From: an uncultured Granulicella sp.
Lineage (GTDB): Bacteria; Acidobacteriota; Terriglobia; Terriglobales; Acidobacteriaceae
Direction: 5' to 3' (one strand)
Length of the DNA: 64,000 nt
Assembly (NCBI GenBank): GCA_964282815.1
Contig: OZ196148.1
In this document: positions 9,618 to 18,287 of the stretch, in pieces
How the letters are laid out: each line of letters begins with the position of its first letter
How positions within the stretch are numbered: the first letter of the stretch is position 1
Notes under the pieces: generated by a model
The model's database searches: none
The model's input: the letters and a program-made list of their open reading frames with translations, nothing else
Told to the model about the DNA's origin: nothing
Made by a program: the position numbers and the translations under genes

Positions 9618-9730
9618 TAGATCAAATTAGCTGTGGGTGTATGGGGAGGTGTTGCCATGAACGTCATTTTCTCTCAAGGAAAATGACACTGCATCATGCT
9701 TGCACTCACAGCAACAGCTAATTTGCTCTA
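9618..9730. mobile_element. MITE-like element, copy 1 (113 bp, 17-bp TIR)
   Basis: Left end TAGATCAAATTAGCTGT, right end ACAGCTAATTTGCTCTA (1 mismatch); internal GTCATTTTC-tctcaag-GAAAATGAC hairpin; homologous copies at 26073 and 28916. Confidence 0.75.
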
Positions 9731-9739
9731 ATATCTCCC

Positions 9740-10030
9740 ATGCTCTTTGACTGGGATGACGGCAATCGAAACCACATCGCACGTCACAACGTGACTATCG
9801 ACGAGGCCGAGCAAGCGGTAAACAGATTTACCTGGGACCTTGATCGCTACGAAGTACGAGGCGAAGAACGCCAGGAGGCGGTCGGCGAGACAGAAAACGG
9901 GCGCATCCTGTTTCTCGTCGTCACGGATCGGGACGACCGTCTGCGTGTCGTGACAGCATACGACGCCACCCGATCCCTCAAACTACAGTATCTTGCTATC
10001 AGGGGAGCATTTGATGACCGTAAAAGTTAA
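9740..10030 (+). CDS. brnT: BrnT-family ribonuclease toxin (type II TA)
   Basis: MLFDWDDGNRNHIARHNV...EERQEAVGETENGRILFLVVT...LRVVTAY pattern; overlaps the downstream antitoxin gene. Confidence 0.8.
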   Translation: MLFDWDDGNRNHIARHNVTIDEAEQAVNRFTWDLDRYEVRGEERQEAVGETENGRILFLVVTDRDDRLRVVTAYDATRSLKLQYLAIRGAFDDRKS

Positions 10031-10319
10031 CCTGCCAGAGTTTGCAAGCGAAGCTGAGGAAGCTCAATGGTGGTTCGACAATCGCGAGGAGCTGGGTGAG
10101 GAGTTCGCTCAGGCAATCCGCGAAGGAGTAGCTACGCAGGGAACTCTCGCTCGACGTGTAGCTGTAAGCAAGCTCGATGGCGCCAATCTAAGGTTGGACC
10201 CGTCCGATCTGGAGAAGGCGGAGACCCTCGCTGAGCGTAAAGGCGTCGAGGTCCAAACTTACCTCGCTGAACTCATCCACAAAGCCCTTCAGCAGGAACT
10301 CGAACACACCGCCGCGTAA
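10014..10319 (+). CDS. CopG/BrnA-type ribbon-helix-helix antitoxin
   Basis: LPEFASEAEEAQWW N-terminus and NLRLDPSDLEKAETLAERKG...QTYL RHH-like C-terminus. ATG at 10014 follows a GGGGAG RBS. Confidence 0.78.
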   Translation: MTVKVNLPEFASEAEEAQWWFDNREELGEEFAQAIREGVATQGTLARRVAVSKLDGANLRLDPSDLEKAETLAERKGVEVQTYLAELIHKALQQELEHTAA

Positions 10320-10377
10320 CCCCGCACCTCCGAATCGCGTCACACCATACACGCGCTCGCACGGGAGGCATTCAAGC

Positions 10378-10740
10378 TTGAGACTTAGCGGCACATCCAT
10401 AGCCCCTCGCATCCTGATCCTCGTGGCCGCATGCCTTCCGCTCGTACAATCCGCCCCCTCTCAGCCGATGACCTCCACCCGAACCCTCACCGGCTCCGTC
10501 CTTGATCGCCAAAAGGAACCGCTCAAAGGCGCCATCGTAGAAGTCCAGAACGAGTCAACCATGACGATCGTCTCCTACATCACAGACGCCAATGGGAGCT
10601 TCTCCTTCAAGCGTCTCAGCGCCGATACCGACTACCGCGTTACAGCCACCTATCGTGGCCGCAAAACCAAGCCCCGCGAGCTAAGCCACTTCAGCAGTAA
10701 TCCCAACCCAGTAGTCAAGTTCATCATCCAGCTTCAATAA
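10378..10740 (+). CDS. Exported carboxypeptidase-regulatory-like (beta-sandwich) domain protein
   Basis: Signal peptide then LTGSVLDRQKEPLKGAIV...TDANGSFSF...YRVTA. Confidence 0.7.
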   Translation: MRLSGTSIAPRILILVAACLPLVQSAPSQPMTSTRTLTGSVLDRQKEPLKGAIVEVQNESTMTIVSYITDANGSFSFKRLSADTDYRVTATYRGRKTKPRELSHFSSNPNPVVKFIIQLQ

Positions 10741-10816
10741 CAGAAAAGCTCAGCCGAAGCCGAGCCTTCCTGCAGTCTCACTGCGCCATCACCGCATCAA
10801 CACTGCCCGCCCACTG

Positions 10817-12656
10817 CTACTCAAGAACCGACCCACCCCGGTTTCCCTTGGGTCGCCGGTTCGCCGCCAGCACCTTCTTGCGCATACGCAGCGACTTCGG
10901 AGTCACTTCCACCAATTCATCGTCCGCAATAAACTCGATTGACTGCTCGAGCGTCAGCACCTTGAAAGGCACCAGCCGAAGCGCATCATCGGAGCCCGAA
11001 GCCCGCATATTCGTCAGCTTCTTCTCACGAACCGCATTCACATCTAGGTCGTTATCGCGGCTGTGTTCGCCCACGATCATGCCCTCATACACCTCAACGC
11101 CATCGCCAATGAACAGCACGCCTCGCTCCTGCACGCCATCCATCGCATAGGTCGTCGTCACACCCTGACGGTCCGAAATCAAAGCCCCGGAAGGCCTCTG
11201 CGGAATCTCGCCCTGGTACGGAATATACTCACCCGCAATCGAGTTCATCACGATCGTTCCACGCGTCTCCGTCAACATCTCGTTCCGCAGCCCGATCAAC
11301 CCGCGCGAAGGCACCTTGAACTCCATCCGCACACGCCCCGAACCGTGATTGGCCATCTTCACCATCTCGCCTTTTCTCGGTCCAAGCCGCTCGATCACCG
11401 TCCCAACAAACGCATCCGGGATATCGATCGTCAGGATCTCACTCGGCTCCATCAACGCCCCGTTGACTCGCTTGGTCACAATCGTCGGCCGCGAAACCAT
11501 CAACTCGAACCCTTCGCGACGCATCATTTCGATCAGCACCGAAAGCTGCAGCTCACCGCGTCCCAGCACCTTGAACGTATCCGCCGTCTCCGTCTCTTCC
11601 ATCCGGATCGAAACGTTCGTCAGCAGCTCCCGCTCTAAACGATCCTTGATATTCCGCGAGGTCACATACTTGCCCTCCCGCCCCGCAAACGGAGAGTTAT
11701 TCACGCTGAAATTAATCGCGATCGTAGGCTCATCAATCTTGATCGTCGGCAGCGGCTTCGGATCCGTCAGCGAGCAGAAGCTCTCGCCGATCGTGATCCC
11801 CGGAATTCCGGCAATCGCAACGATATCGCCTACCGCCGTCTCCGTCGTGTCCTCCCGTTTCAACCCGTTGAACGTAAACAGCTTCGTAACCTTCACCGGC
11901 ACTAGCGTTCCATCGATCTTCGAAAGATTGACCTCCTGCCCGGTCTTCAGCGTGCCGTTGAACACCCGCGCAATCGCCAACCGGCCCAGATAGTCGCTGT
12001 AGTCCAGATTTGTGACCAAAACCTGGAGATCTCCGTCCGGCGTTCCCGGTGCCTCGGGAATCGTCTTAAAGATCAACTCAAATAAAGGCTGCAAATCCGT
12101 CCCCGGAACGGCGAGATCCATCGTCGCCGTCCCCGCCTTGCCGTTCGTGTAGATCACCGGAAAATCCAGGATCTCCTCATCCGCATCCAGATCGATGAAC
12201 AGGTCATAGACCTCGTTCAGCACCTCCTGCGGCCGCGCATCCGGACGGTCGATCTTGTTTCACCACGATAATCGGCGTCAGCTTCGCCTCGAGCGCCTTG
12301 CTCAATACATAGCGCGTCTGCGGCAGCGGCCCTTCGGAAGCATCGACCAGCAGCACCACGCCGTCCACCATCTTCAGCGCGCGCTCCACCTCACCGCCGA
12401 AGTCGGCGTGGCCCGGTGTGTCCACGATGTTGATCTTCGAATCCTTGTAATGAATCGCCGTATTCTTGGCGAGAATCGTGATGCCTCGCTCTTTTTCCAG
12501 GTCGTTCGAATCCATGACTCGTTCGGCCACGGCCTCATTGGACCGGAAGGTCCCGGACTGGCGCAGCATGGCGTCTACCAGCGTGGTCTTGCCGTGGTCA
12601 ACGTGGGCGATAATAGCGATATTGCGGATAGCTTCAAGCGAGGCGGTAGTGCTCAC
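10817..12656 (-). CDS. typA: Translational GTPase TypA/BipA, split by one apparent +1 frameshift at 12258-12260
   Basis: [21 protein letters not shown] and DTPGHADF in ORF 12204-12656; the rest is in ORF 10817-12223. Removing one T from TTT at 12258-12260 restores [19 protein letters not shown]. Confidence 0.93.
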
Positions 12657-12899
12657 GGCGGGTATACGTCCTGTTCTGTGCGCAGAGGTTTGGAATAAAC
12701 AAAAGTCGGCAATTGCGCGTCCCTCTTAGTTTACCCCACAGGCCCTAAGCCACCTGCCGAGCAACGCAAGGTCCACGGCTCTCAGCCTCCCCCCGACAAG
12801 TTAAAAACCCATGGAGTGGGCACCCACGCGCACTAGGCCCGTCCGGCAGGACAATCAGGACAATTGCATTTTTTCATCATCTATACTCAAAAAACCCAA

Positions 12900-14384
12900 A
12901 TGAGCGACGCCCAAACGAAACATTTCGAAGAGATGGCCCTTCAGAACTACCTGCTCGACCATGCCTATGACGAGATGTTTCGCGGGCCGGCCGCCCCTGG
13001 CTCCCAACCCCATCTCCGCGACCACTACAACCCACTCTTAGACCACTTCGGCGCCCTTCCCGAAGGCGAACTCCTCCGCCGCAAAGCCGCCGCAGACCTC
13101 TCCTTCCTCAACCAGGGCATCACCTTCACCGTCTACGGCCGCGACGAAGGCAAAGAACAGATCTTCCCCTACGACCTCATCCCCCGCATCATCACCTCCG
13201 CCGAATGGGCCACCGTCGAGCGCGGCCTCACCCAGCGCATCATCGCCCTCAACCTCTTCCTCCGCGACATCTACAACGAGGGCCGCATCCTCGCCGACGG
13301 CATCGTCCCCCGCGAAGTCGTCTACAGCTGCAAACACTTCCGCCGCCAGATGATCGGCCTCCAGGTCCCCCGCAACATCTACGTCGCCATCTGCGGCACA
13401 GACCTTATCCGCACCGAATCCGGCGAGTTCGTCGTCCTCGAAGACAATCTCCGCGTCCCCTCCGGCGTCAGCTACATGCTCACTAACCGTCGCGTCATGA
13501 AGCGCATCTTCCCTCAACTCTTCCGCCGCTACAACGTGCGCCCCATCGAGCAGTACACCCAGGCCCTGCTAGGCACCCTCCGCTCGCTCGCCCCTGAAGG
13601 CCGCCCCGAACCAAACATCGTCCTGCTCTCTCCCGGCGTCTTCAACTCCGCCTACTTCGAGCATGCCTACCTCGCCCGCCAGATGGGCATCGAGCTCGTA
13701 GAAGGCCGCGACCTCGTCACCCATGACAACGTCATCTACATGCGCACCACCAGCGGCCTGCGAAGAGTCGACGTCATCTACCGCCGCGTAGACGACGACT
13801 TCATCGACCCCCTAGCCTTCCGCCCCGACTCCATCCTGGGCGTTAGTGGCCTCTTCAACGCCTACCGCGCCGGCAACGTCACCCTCGCCAACGCGTTCGG
13901 CACCGGCGTCGCGGACGATAAAGCCCTCTACGCCTACGTCCCCGACATCATCAAGTACTACCTCAACGAAGACCCCGTCCTCAAAAACGTAGAAACCTTT
14001 CTCCTCACCCGCCCCAAAGAGCGCCAGCACGTCCTAGCCAACCTCGACAAGCTGGTCGTCAAAGCCGTAGGCGAGTCCGGCGGCTACGGCATGCTCATAG
14101 GCCCCCAATCCACGGCGGCGGAGCGCGAAGAATTCGCCGCAAAGATCGAAGCCGACCCCCGCAACTACATCGCCCAGCCCACCATCAGCTTCAGCCGAGC
14201 CCCCTGCCTCATCGGCGACGCGCTCGAACCCCGCCACGTAGACCTCCGTCCCTACGTCCTCTACGGCGACAAGGTCACAATAGTCCCCGGCGGTCTAAGC
14301 CGCGTAGCCCTCAAGAAAGGCTCCCTGGTCGTCAATTCCAGTCAAGGCGGAGGCAGCAAAGACACCTGGGTCCTCAGCCAGTAA
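12900..14384 (+). CDS. Circularly permuted type 2 ATP-grasp protein
   Basis: [45 protein letters not shown] and [18 protein letters not shown] at 12900 preferred over TTG at 12864. Confidence 0.92.
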   Translation: MSDAQTKHFEEMALQNYLLDHAYDEMFRGPAAPGSQPHLRDHYNPLLDHFGALPEGELLRRKAAADLSFLNQGITFTVYGRDEGKEQIFPYDLIPRIITSAEWATVERGLTQRIIALNLFLRDIYNEGRILADGIVPREVVYSCKHFRRQMIGLQVPRNIYVAICGTDLIRTESGEFVVLEDNLRVPSGVSYMLTNRRVMKRIFPQLFRRYNVRPIEQYTQALLGTLRSLAPEGRPEPNIVLLSPGVFNSAYFEHAYLARQMGIELVEGRDLVTHDNVIYMRTTSGLRRVDVIYRRVDDDFIDPLAFRPDSILGVSGLFNAYRAGNVTLANAFGTGVADDKALYAYVPDIIKYYLNEDPVLKNVETFLLTRPKERQHVLANLDKLVVKAVGESGGYGMLIGPQSTAAEREEFAAKIEADPRNYIAQPTISFSRAPCLIGDALEPRHVDLRPYVLYGDKVTIVPGGLSRVALKKGSLVVNSSQGGGSKDTWVLSQ

Positions 14385-14398
14385 ACGAGAGGAGACTT

Positions 14399-14911
14399 AT
14401 GAAGCTCAACTGTCGAGCTGGAGTTTTAGCAGCAGTGCTAGTCTCGGGAACCATCAGCCCGATTGCGTCTCCGCAATCTTCAGAGCCCGAACGTCCTCCT
14501 GCAGCCGCATCGGAAGCCATGCGAACTCTGGTTCGAGAGATCAAGCAATGTGGCGAAGAGAAAGAGATGGGAGATGACCCCGATCACGGCGGCGTTTACA
14601 TGATAGGTGGCCCTATAAACGTCATATGGGATATCAAGCGCGTTGATTCAATAAGGTCTCCCTTCCAGGCATTCGTCGAGTTTTCTACCCCCGTAGATTC
14701 ATTCTCTCCAATAAGGGCAGGAGTACTCATCTGCCGACCTACGAAGGAGATATGCTTCAAGGTGCCTGGACTCAAAAGCACCGTTATGAGTTCGATGCCA
14801 CCGATACAGGCATTGAGCTCACCCGGACCCTACGGTATGGGACATCGAAGTGGATCGACGAGGAAAGGCATGACTTTTGCTGGCAGCAGGTTGCTCGCAA
14901 GTTCGTCGTGA
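14399..14911 (+). CDS. Hypothetical exported protein (possible frameshift near 14681-14692; alternative stop at 14919)
   Basis: GGAG RBS, signal-peptide-like N-terminus, AT-richer codons. An alternative frame after ~14690 reads more protein-like (QKHRYEFDATDTGIELTRTLRYG...CWQQVARK). Confidence 0.5.
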   Translation: MKLNCRAGVLAAVLVSGTISPIASPQSSEPERPPAAASEAMRTLVREIKQCGEEKEMGDDPDHGGVYMIGGPINVIWDIKRVDSIRSPFQAFVEFSTPVDSFSPIRAGVLICRPTKEICFKVPGLKSTVMSSMPPIQALSSPGPYGMGHRSGSTRKGMTFAGSRLLASSS

Positions 14912-14970
14912 AAGACTGAGGCTCGCGATGACCCAACCCAAAAGAGGCTCACGATGACCAACCCCGAAAA

Positions 14971-15207
14971 ATGCACTGTACTGACTTCGATAGAAGGCAG
15001 CGAATACCTCCTCGATATAGAGAGAAAAATGGCGACGCTTTGAGGAAGAGATTCTTCTTCAAGGATGAATTATTCGCCTTCCTCAAATTCCTGGGGATCA
15101 GTGACAAAGAGCTGTGGTCATTGCAAGCAAAGTTTGAAGTTGAGCCATGGGGATGTGAAGCCGTTCTCTCTCTAAAGTTTGAGAGACAATGTCTTGCCCA
15201 TCTCTAA
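14971..15207 (+). CDS. Hypothetical protein
   Basis: 78-aa ORF in an AT-richer segment. The start is uncertain; it may join an upstream ATG at 14954 through an A-run frameshift. Confidence 0.3.
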   Translation: MHCTDFDRRQRIPPRYREKNGDALRKRFFFKDELFAFLKFLGISDKELWSLQAKFEVEPWGCEAVLSLKFERQCLAHL

Positions 15208-15359
15208 AAGAATTGTTATGGATCTAAAATACTCAGCTTCAGCAAAAGGACACCAAATCGTCGGTCCCTGATCGTTCAAAACTGCAATCTAGACGAGCGC
15301 AATCTGCTCATACTCGTATGAAGTGATCGAAAATATTAGCTGGTGGTACGCTTCTCCGC

Positions 15360-15644
15360 ATGCCAAACAAAGTCAAGTTCCTCATCCTCGAAGCCGACCT
15401 CACCACCGAGCCTGAGATCGAGGCCGTAGAAGGCAACGCACCCGTCCGCCTCATGCTCCAGTTCGAAGGCAACTCCGCCCCCAACCCGAACTCCATCACC
15501 TTCCGCAACCGCAACCAGCTCGAGCGTACCTTCGAGTCCGCCGGCCTGGCCCCCTGCCTCCTCAATCCCGCCGAATTCAACTCCTTCTGGTCCGTCACCG
15601 ACGAGCAACTCCAGCAACTCTCCCACCCCGCCGACCCCGAATGA
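15360..15644 (+). CDS. Hypothetical protein
   Basis: 94 aa with host-like C-ending codons; its stop overlaps the next ATG (ATGA). Confidence 0.6.
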   Translation: MPNKVKFLILEADLTTEPEIEAVEGNAPVRLMLQFEGNSAPNPNSITFRNRNQLERTFESAGLAPCLLNPAEFNSFWSVTDEQLQQLSHPADPE

Positions 15645-15895
15645 GCGAAGAACCACCCATGACCGGGTACTTCCGCGAGCAAGTCCTCCGCAAGCGACCG
15701 TACCTTAGAATCGAGTGGTGTCTCGCAATACTTGCCTCCCCAGTCCTTCAGGAAGTACAGCCGGACGGTCGCATTCGCAGTTGGGGCTTCGTCGACGACT
15801 TACCCGGCAAAGCAATCCGCGTCGTAACCCTGGAAGACGGCCTGACGCTGCACAATGCCTTTCCCGACTCTGGCTTTACCCGCAGGAACGTGTGA
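15641..15895 (+). CDS. Putative RelE/DUF4258-like toxin partnered with DUF2283
   Basis: YFREQVLRKRPYL...QPDGRIRSWG...IRVVTLEDGLTLHNAFPD, the small-protein family I recognise upstream of DUF2283 genes. Confidence 0.6.
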   Translation: MSEEPPMTGYFREQVLRKRPYLRIEWCLAILASPVLQEVQPDGRIRSWGFVDDLPGKAIRVVTLEDGLTLHNAFPDSGFTRRNV

Positions 15896-15911
15896 CGATC
15901 AGGAGAACTCC

Positions 15912-16124
15912 ATGAAGCTCCACTACTACAAGGAAACCGACTCCCTCTACATCGATCTTTCGACCGCCGCCAGCGCAGACTCCAAAGAGATCGCCGAAGG
16001 TCTCGTCGTAGACTTCGACGAAGCCGGCCGCGTCGTAGGCTTCGACATCCAGCACGCCTCGGAACGGATCGATCTCACCGAACTCACCGCCGAACATCTT
16101 CCCCTCATCGCCCAGGTCGCCTAA
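15912..16124 (+). CDS. DUF2283 domain protein (putative antitoxin)
   Basis: MKLHYYKETDSLYIDL...EIAEGLVVDFDEAGRVVGFDIQHAS; AGGAG RBS before the ATG at 15912. Confidence 0.85.
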   Translation: MKLHYYKETDSLYIDLSTAASADSKEIAEGLVVDFDEAGRVVGFDIQHASERIDLTELTAEHLPLIAQVA

Positions 16125-16145
16125 TCTCTCGCCCGAGGTAAAGCT

Positions 16146-17153
16146 TTGCTCTCACGCGTCGCCGATTCCCTCTACTGGATGTCCCGCTACCTCGAGCGCG
16201 CCGAGCACACCACCCGCCTGCTCGACGTCAACCTCAACCTCATGCTCGACGAAAGCTCCACCTCCGCCGACCGGCGCTGGCAGCGCCTCCTCCAATCCCT
16301 CTCCAACCCCAAAGACGTCGAGTGGCAGGGCGACCCCTACGCCCTCACCCGTCAGCTCACCTATGACGGTGAACTCCCCGCCTCCATCCTCTCTCTCCTC
16401 ATCGGAGCCCGGGAAAACTCCCGCCACGTCCGCGAGCAGATCTCCACCGAGCAATGGCACCGCCTCAACTCCCTCTACCTCGACATCACGCGCCCCGAGA
16501 TCCAGCGCCGCTCCCAGTCCGCCGAGCCCGGCACCATGTCGCTCGAGCCCGAACAGCCCACCGAGTTCCTCCAGCAGGTCATGGAAGCCGTCCATCAGTT
16601 CCAGGGCGTCACGGACTCCACCATGAGCCACGGCGAAGGCTGGCAGTTCATCCAGGTCGGCCGCTACATCGAACGCGCCTCCGCCACCGCAGCCCTCCTC
16701 GAGGCCTACCACACCGAACTCTGGGGCGATCCCACCCACCATCCGGACCGCGTCTCAGAAGGCAACGAGTACCTCGAATGGATGGGCCTGCTCCGCTCCG
16801 CCACCGCCTTTGAAGCCTACTGCAAGGTCTACACCGCAGACCTCACCCCAGAACGCATCCTCGAGTTCCTCCTCCTCGACGAAGAATTTCCCCACAGCCT
16901 CCGCTTCTCCATCGACTCCCTGCAAAACGCCCTGACAGCCATCGACCAGGAGTCCGGCAAAGCCCGCGCCGAGCCTCTCCGCCGTCTCGCCGGCCGCCTG
17001 CAAGCCCAACTAAGCTACTCCGGCGTCTCCGAGATCCTCTCGCAGGACGTCGTCGCCTATCTCAAATCCATCCAGCACCAATGCCACGAGATCCACATCA
17101 ACATCTACAAGCTCTACATCGACTACAGCATCCAAGCCGCCCTGGCCAGCTAG
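16146..17153 (+). CDS. Alpha-E domain protein
   Basis: MLSRVADSLYWMSRYLERAEHTTRLLDV, GRYIERA and FLLLDEEFPHSL (ER motifs). Confidence 0.92.
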   Translation: MLSRVADSLYWMSRYLERAEHTTRLLDVNLNLMLDESSTSADRRWQRLLQSLSNPKDVEWQGDPYALTRQLTYDGELPASILSLLIGARENSRHVREQISTEQWHRLNSLYLDITRPEIQRRSQSAEPGTMSLEPEQPTEFLQQVMEAVHQFQGVTDSTMSHGEGWQFIQVGRYIERASATAALLEAYHTELWGDPTHHPDRVSEGNEYLEWMGLLRSATAFEAYCKVYTADLTPERILEFLLLDEEFPHSLRFSIDSLQNALTAIDQESGKARAEPLRRLAGRLQAQLSYSGVSEILSQDVVAYLKSIQHQCHEIHINIYKLYIDYSIQAALAS

Positions 17154-17222
17154 GCTGCCTCTCCACTGCCCCACCACGGCCCCATCACTGCCTCACCACT
17201 GTCCTGTAACACCGGAGGCCCA

Positions 17223-18214
17223 TTGTTCTACTCCATCCGCCACCTCACCAAGTTCCTCTACTCCAAGCCCGTCTCCGAATCCATGATGGAGACCCGCATG
17301 CACCCACGCTCGGACGCCAACCAGCGCTGCCTCACCTTCCATCTCTCCGTCTCCCCCCGCACCCGCGTCTTCTCCTACCGCGACCACCTCGCCAACAACG
17401 TCCATCACTTTGACATCCCCGGCCCCCACCCCCAGCTCGTTATCGTCGCCGAGTCGCTCGTCGAAGTCTCCCCAGCCCTGGAAATCCCGGCATCCCTAAC
17501 CCGCGAAGCCTGGCAGGAGCTGGACGCCCTCATCGCCCAGGGCGACTTCTACGAGTTCCTGGCCCCCAGCGCCTTCACCCAATCCACGCCTCTCCTGGAA
17601 GAACTTGCCAACAAGCTGGACCTCCGCCGTCGCGACGACCCCCTCCAGCTCCTCCATCAGCTCAACAAGAACCTCTACGACCACTTCGACTACGTCCCCC
17701 GCTCCACCAAGGTCGACTCCCCCATCGATGTCGCGCTCGAGTCCCGCAAAGGCGTCTGCCAGGACTTCGCCCACATCATGATCACCCTCGTCCGCTCCCG
17801 CCTCAAGCTTCCCTGCCGTTACGTCTCCGGCTACCTCGCCCACCGCGGCGAAGCCGAAACCGACCGTTCCGCCTCGGCCGCCACCCACGCCTGGGTGGAA
17901 GTCCTCATGCCCCACTACGGCTGGGTCGGCTTCGACCCCACCAACCTCCTCGTCGCCGGAGACCGCCACATCCGCACCGCCATCGGCCGCGACTACGCCG
18001 ACGTTCCCCCCCACCCACGGCATGTTCCGCGGCCGCGCCAAATCCGAGCTCACCGTCGCCGTCCGCGTCACCCCCATCCGAAGGCGCACCCGCCCTGGAC
18101 CAGGACCTCCCCGTCCCCGAAGACTGGTCCATGCTCGTAGAAAAAGCCCAGCTCCTCCCCGACCAAATTCTCCCCGGAACCCGTCAGCACCAGCAAGCCC
18201 AGCAACAGCAATAG
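17223..18214 (+). CDS. Transglutaminase-family protein (N domain plus core), two apparent +1 frameshifts near the 3' end
   Basis: YSIRHLTKFLY, GVCQDFAH, THAWVEV, GFDPTN and GRDYADVPP. Removing one C from C7 (18006-18012) and one from C5 (18071-18075) gives ...FRGRAKSELTVAV...PVPEDWSMLVEKAQ...QQAQQQQ with a stop at 18214. Confidence 0.88.
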
Positions 18215-18226
18215 TCTCAACAGTAA

Positions 18227-18259
18227 GGCCCGTAAGCGATCCCGCCTCGCCTACGGGCC
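18227..18259. terminator. Hairpin between convergent genes (probable bidirectional terminator)
   Basis: GGCCCGTAAGCGA ... TCGCCTACGGGCC inverted repeat with 1 mismatch. Confidence 0.5.
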
Positions 18260-18287
18260 GTATTGTTTGTCAAACCGGCGACAAACC

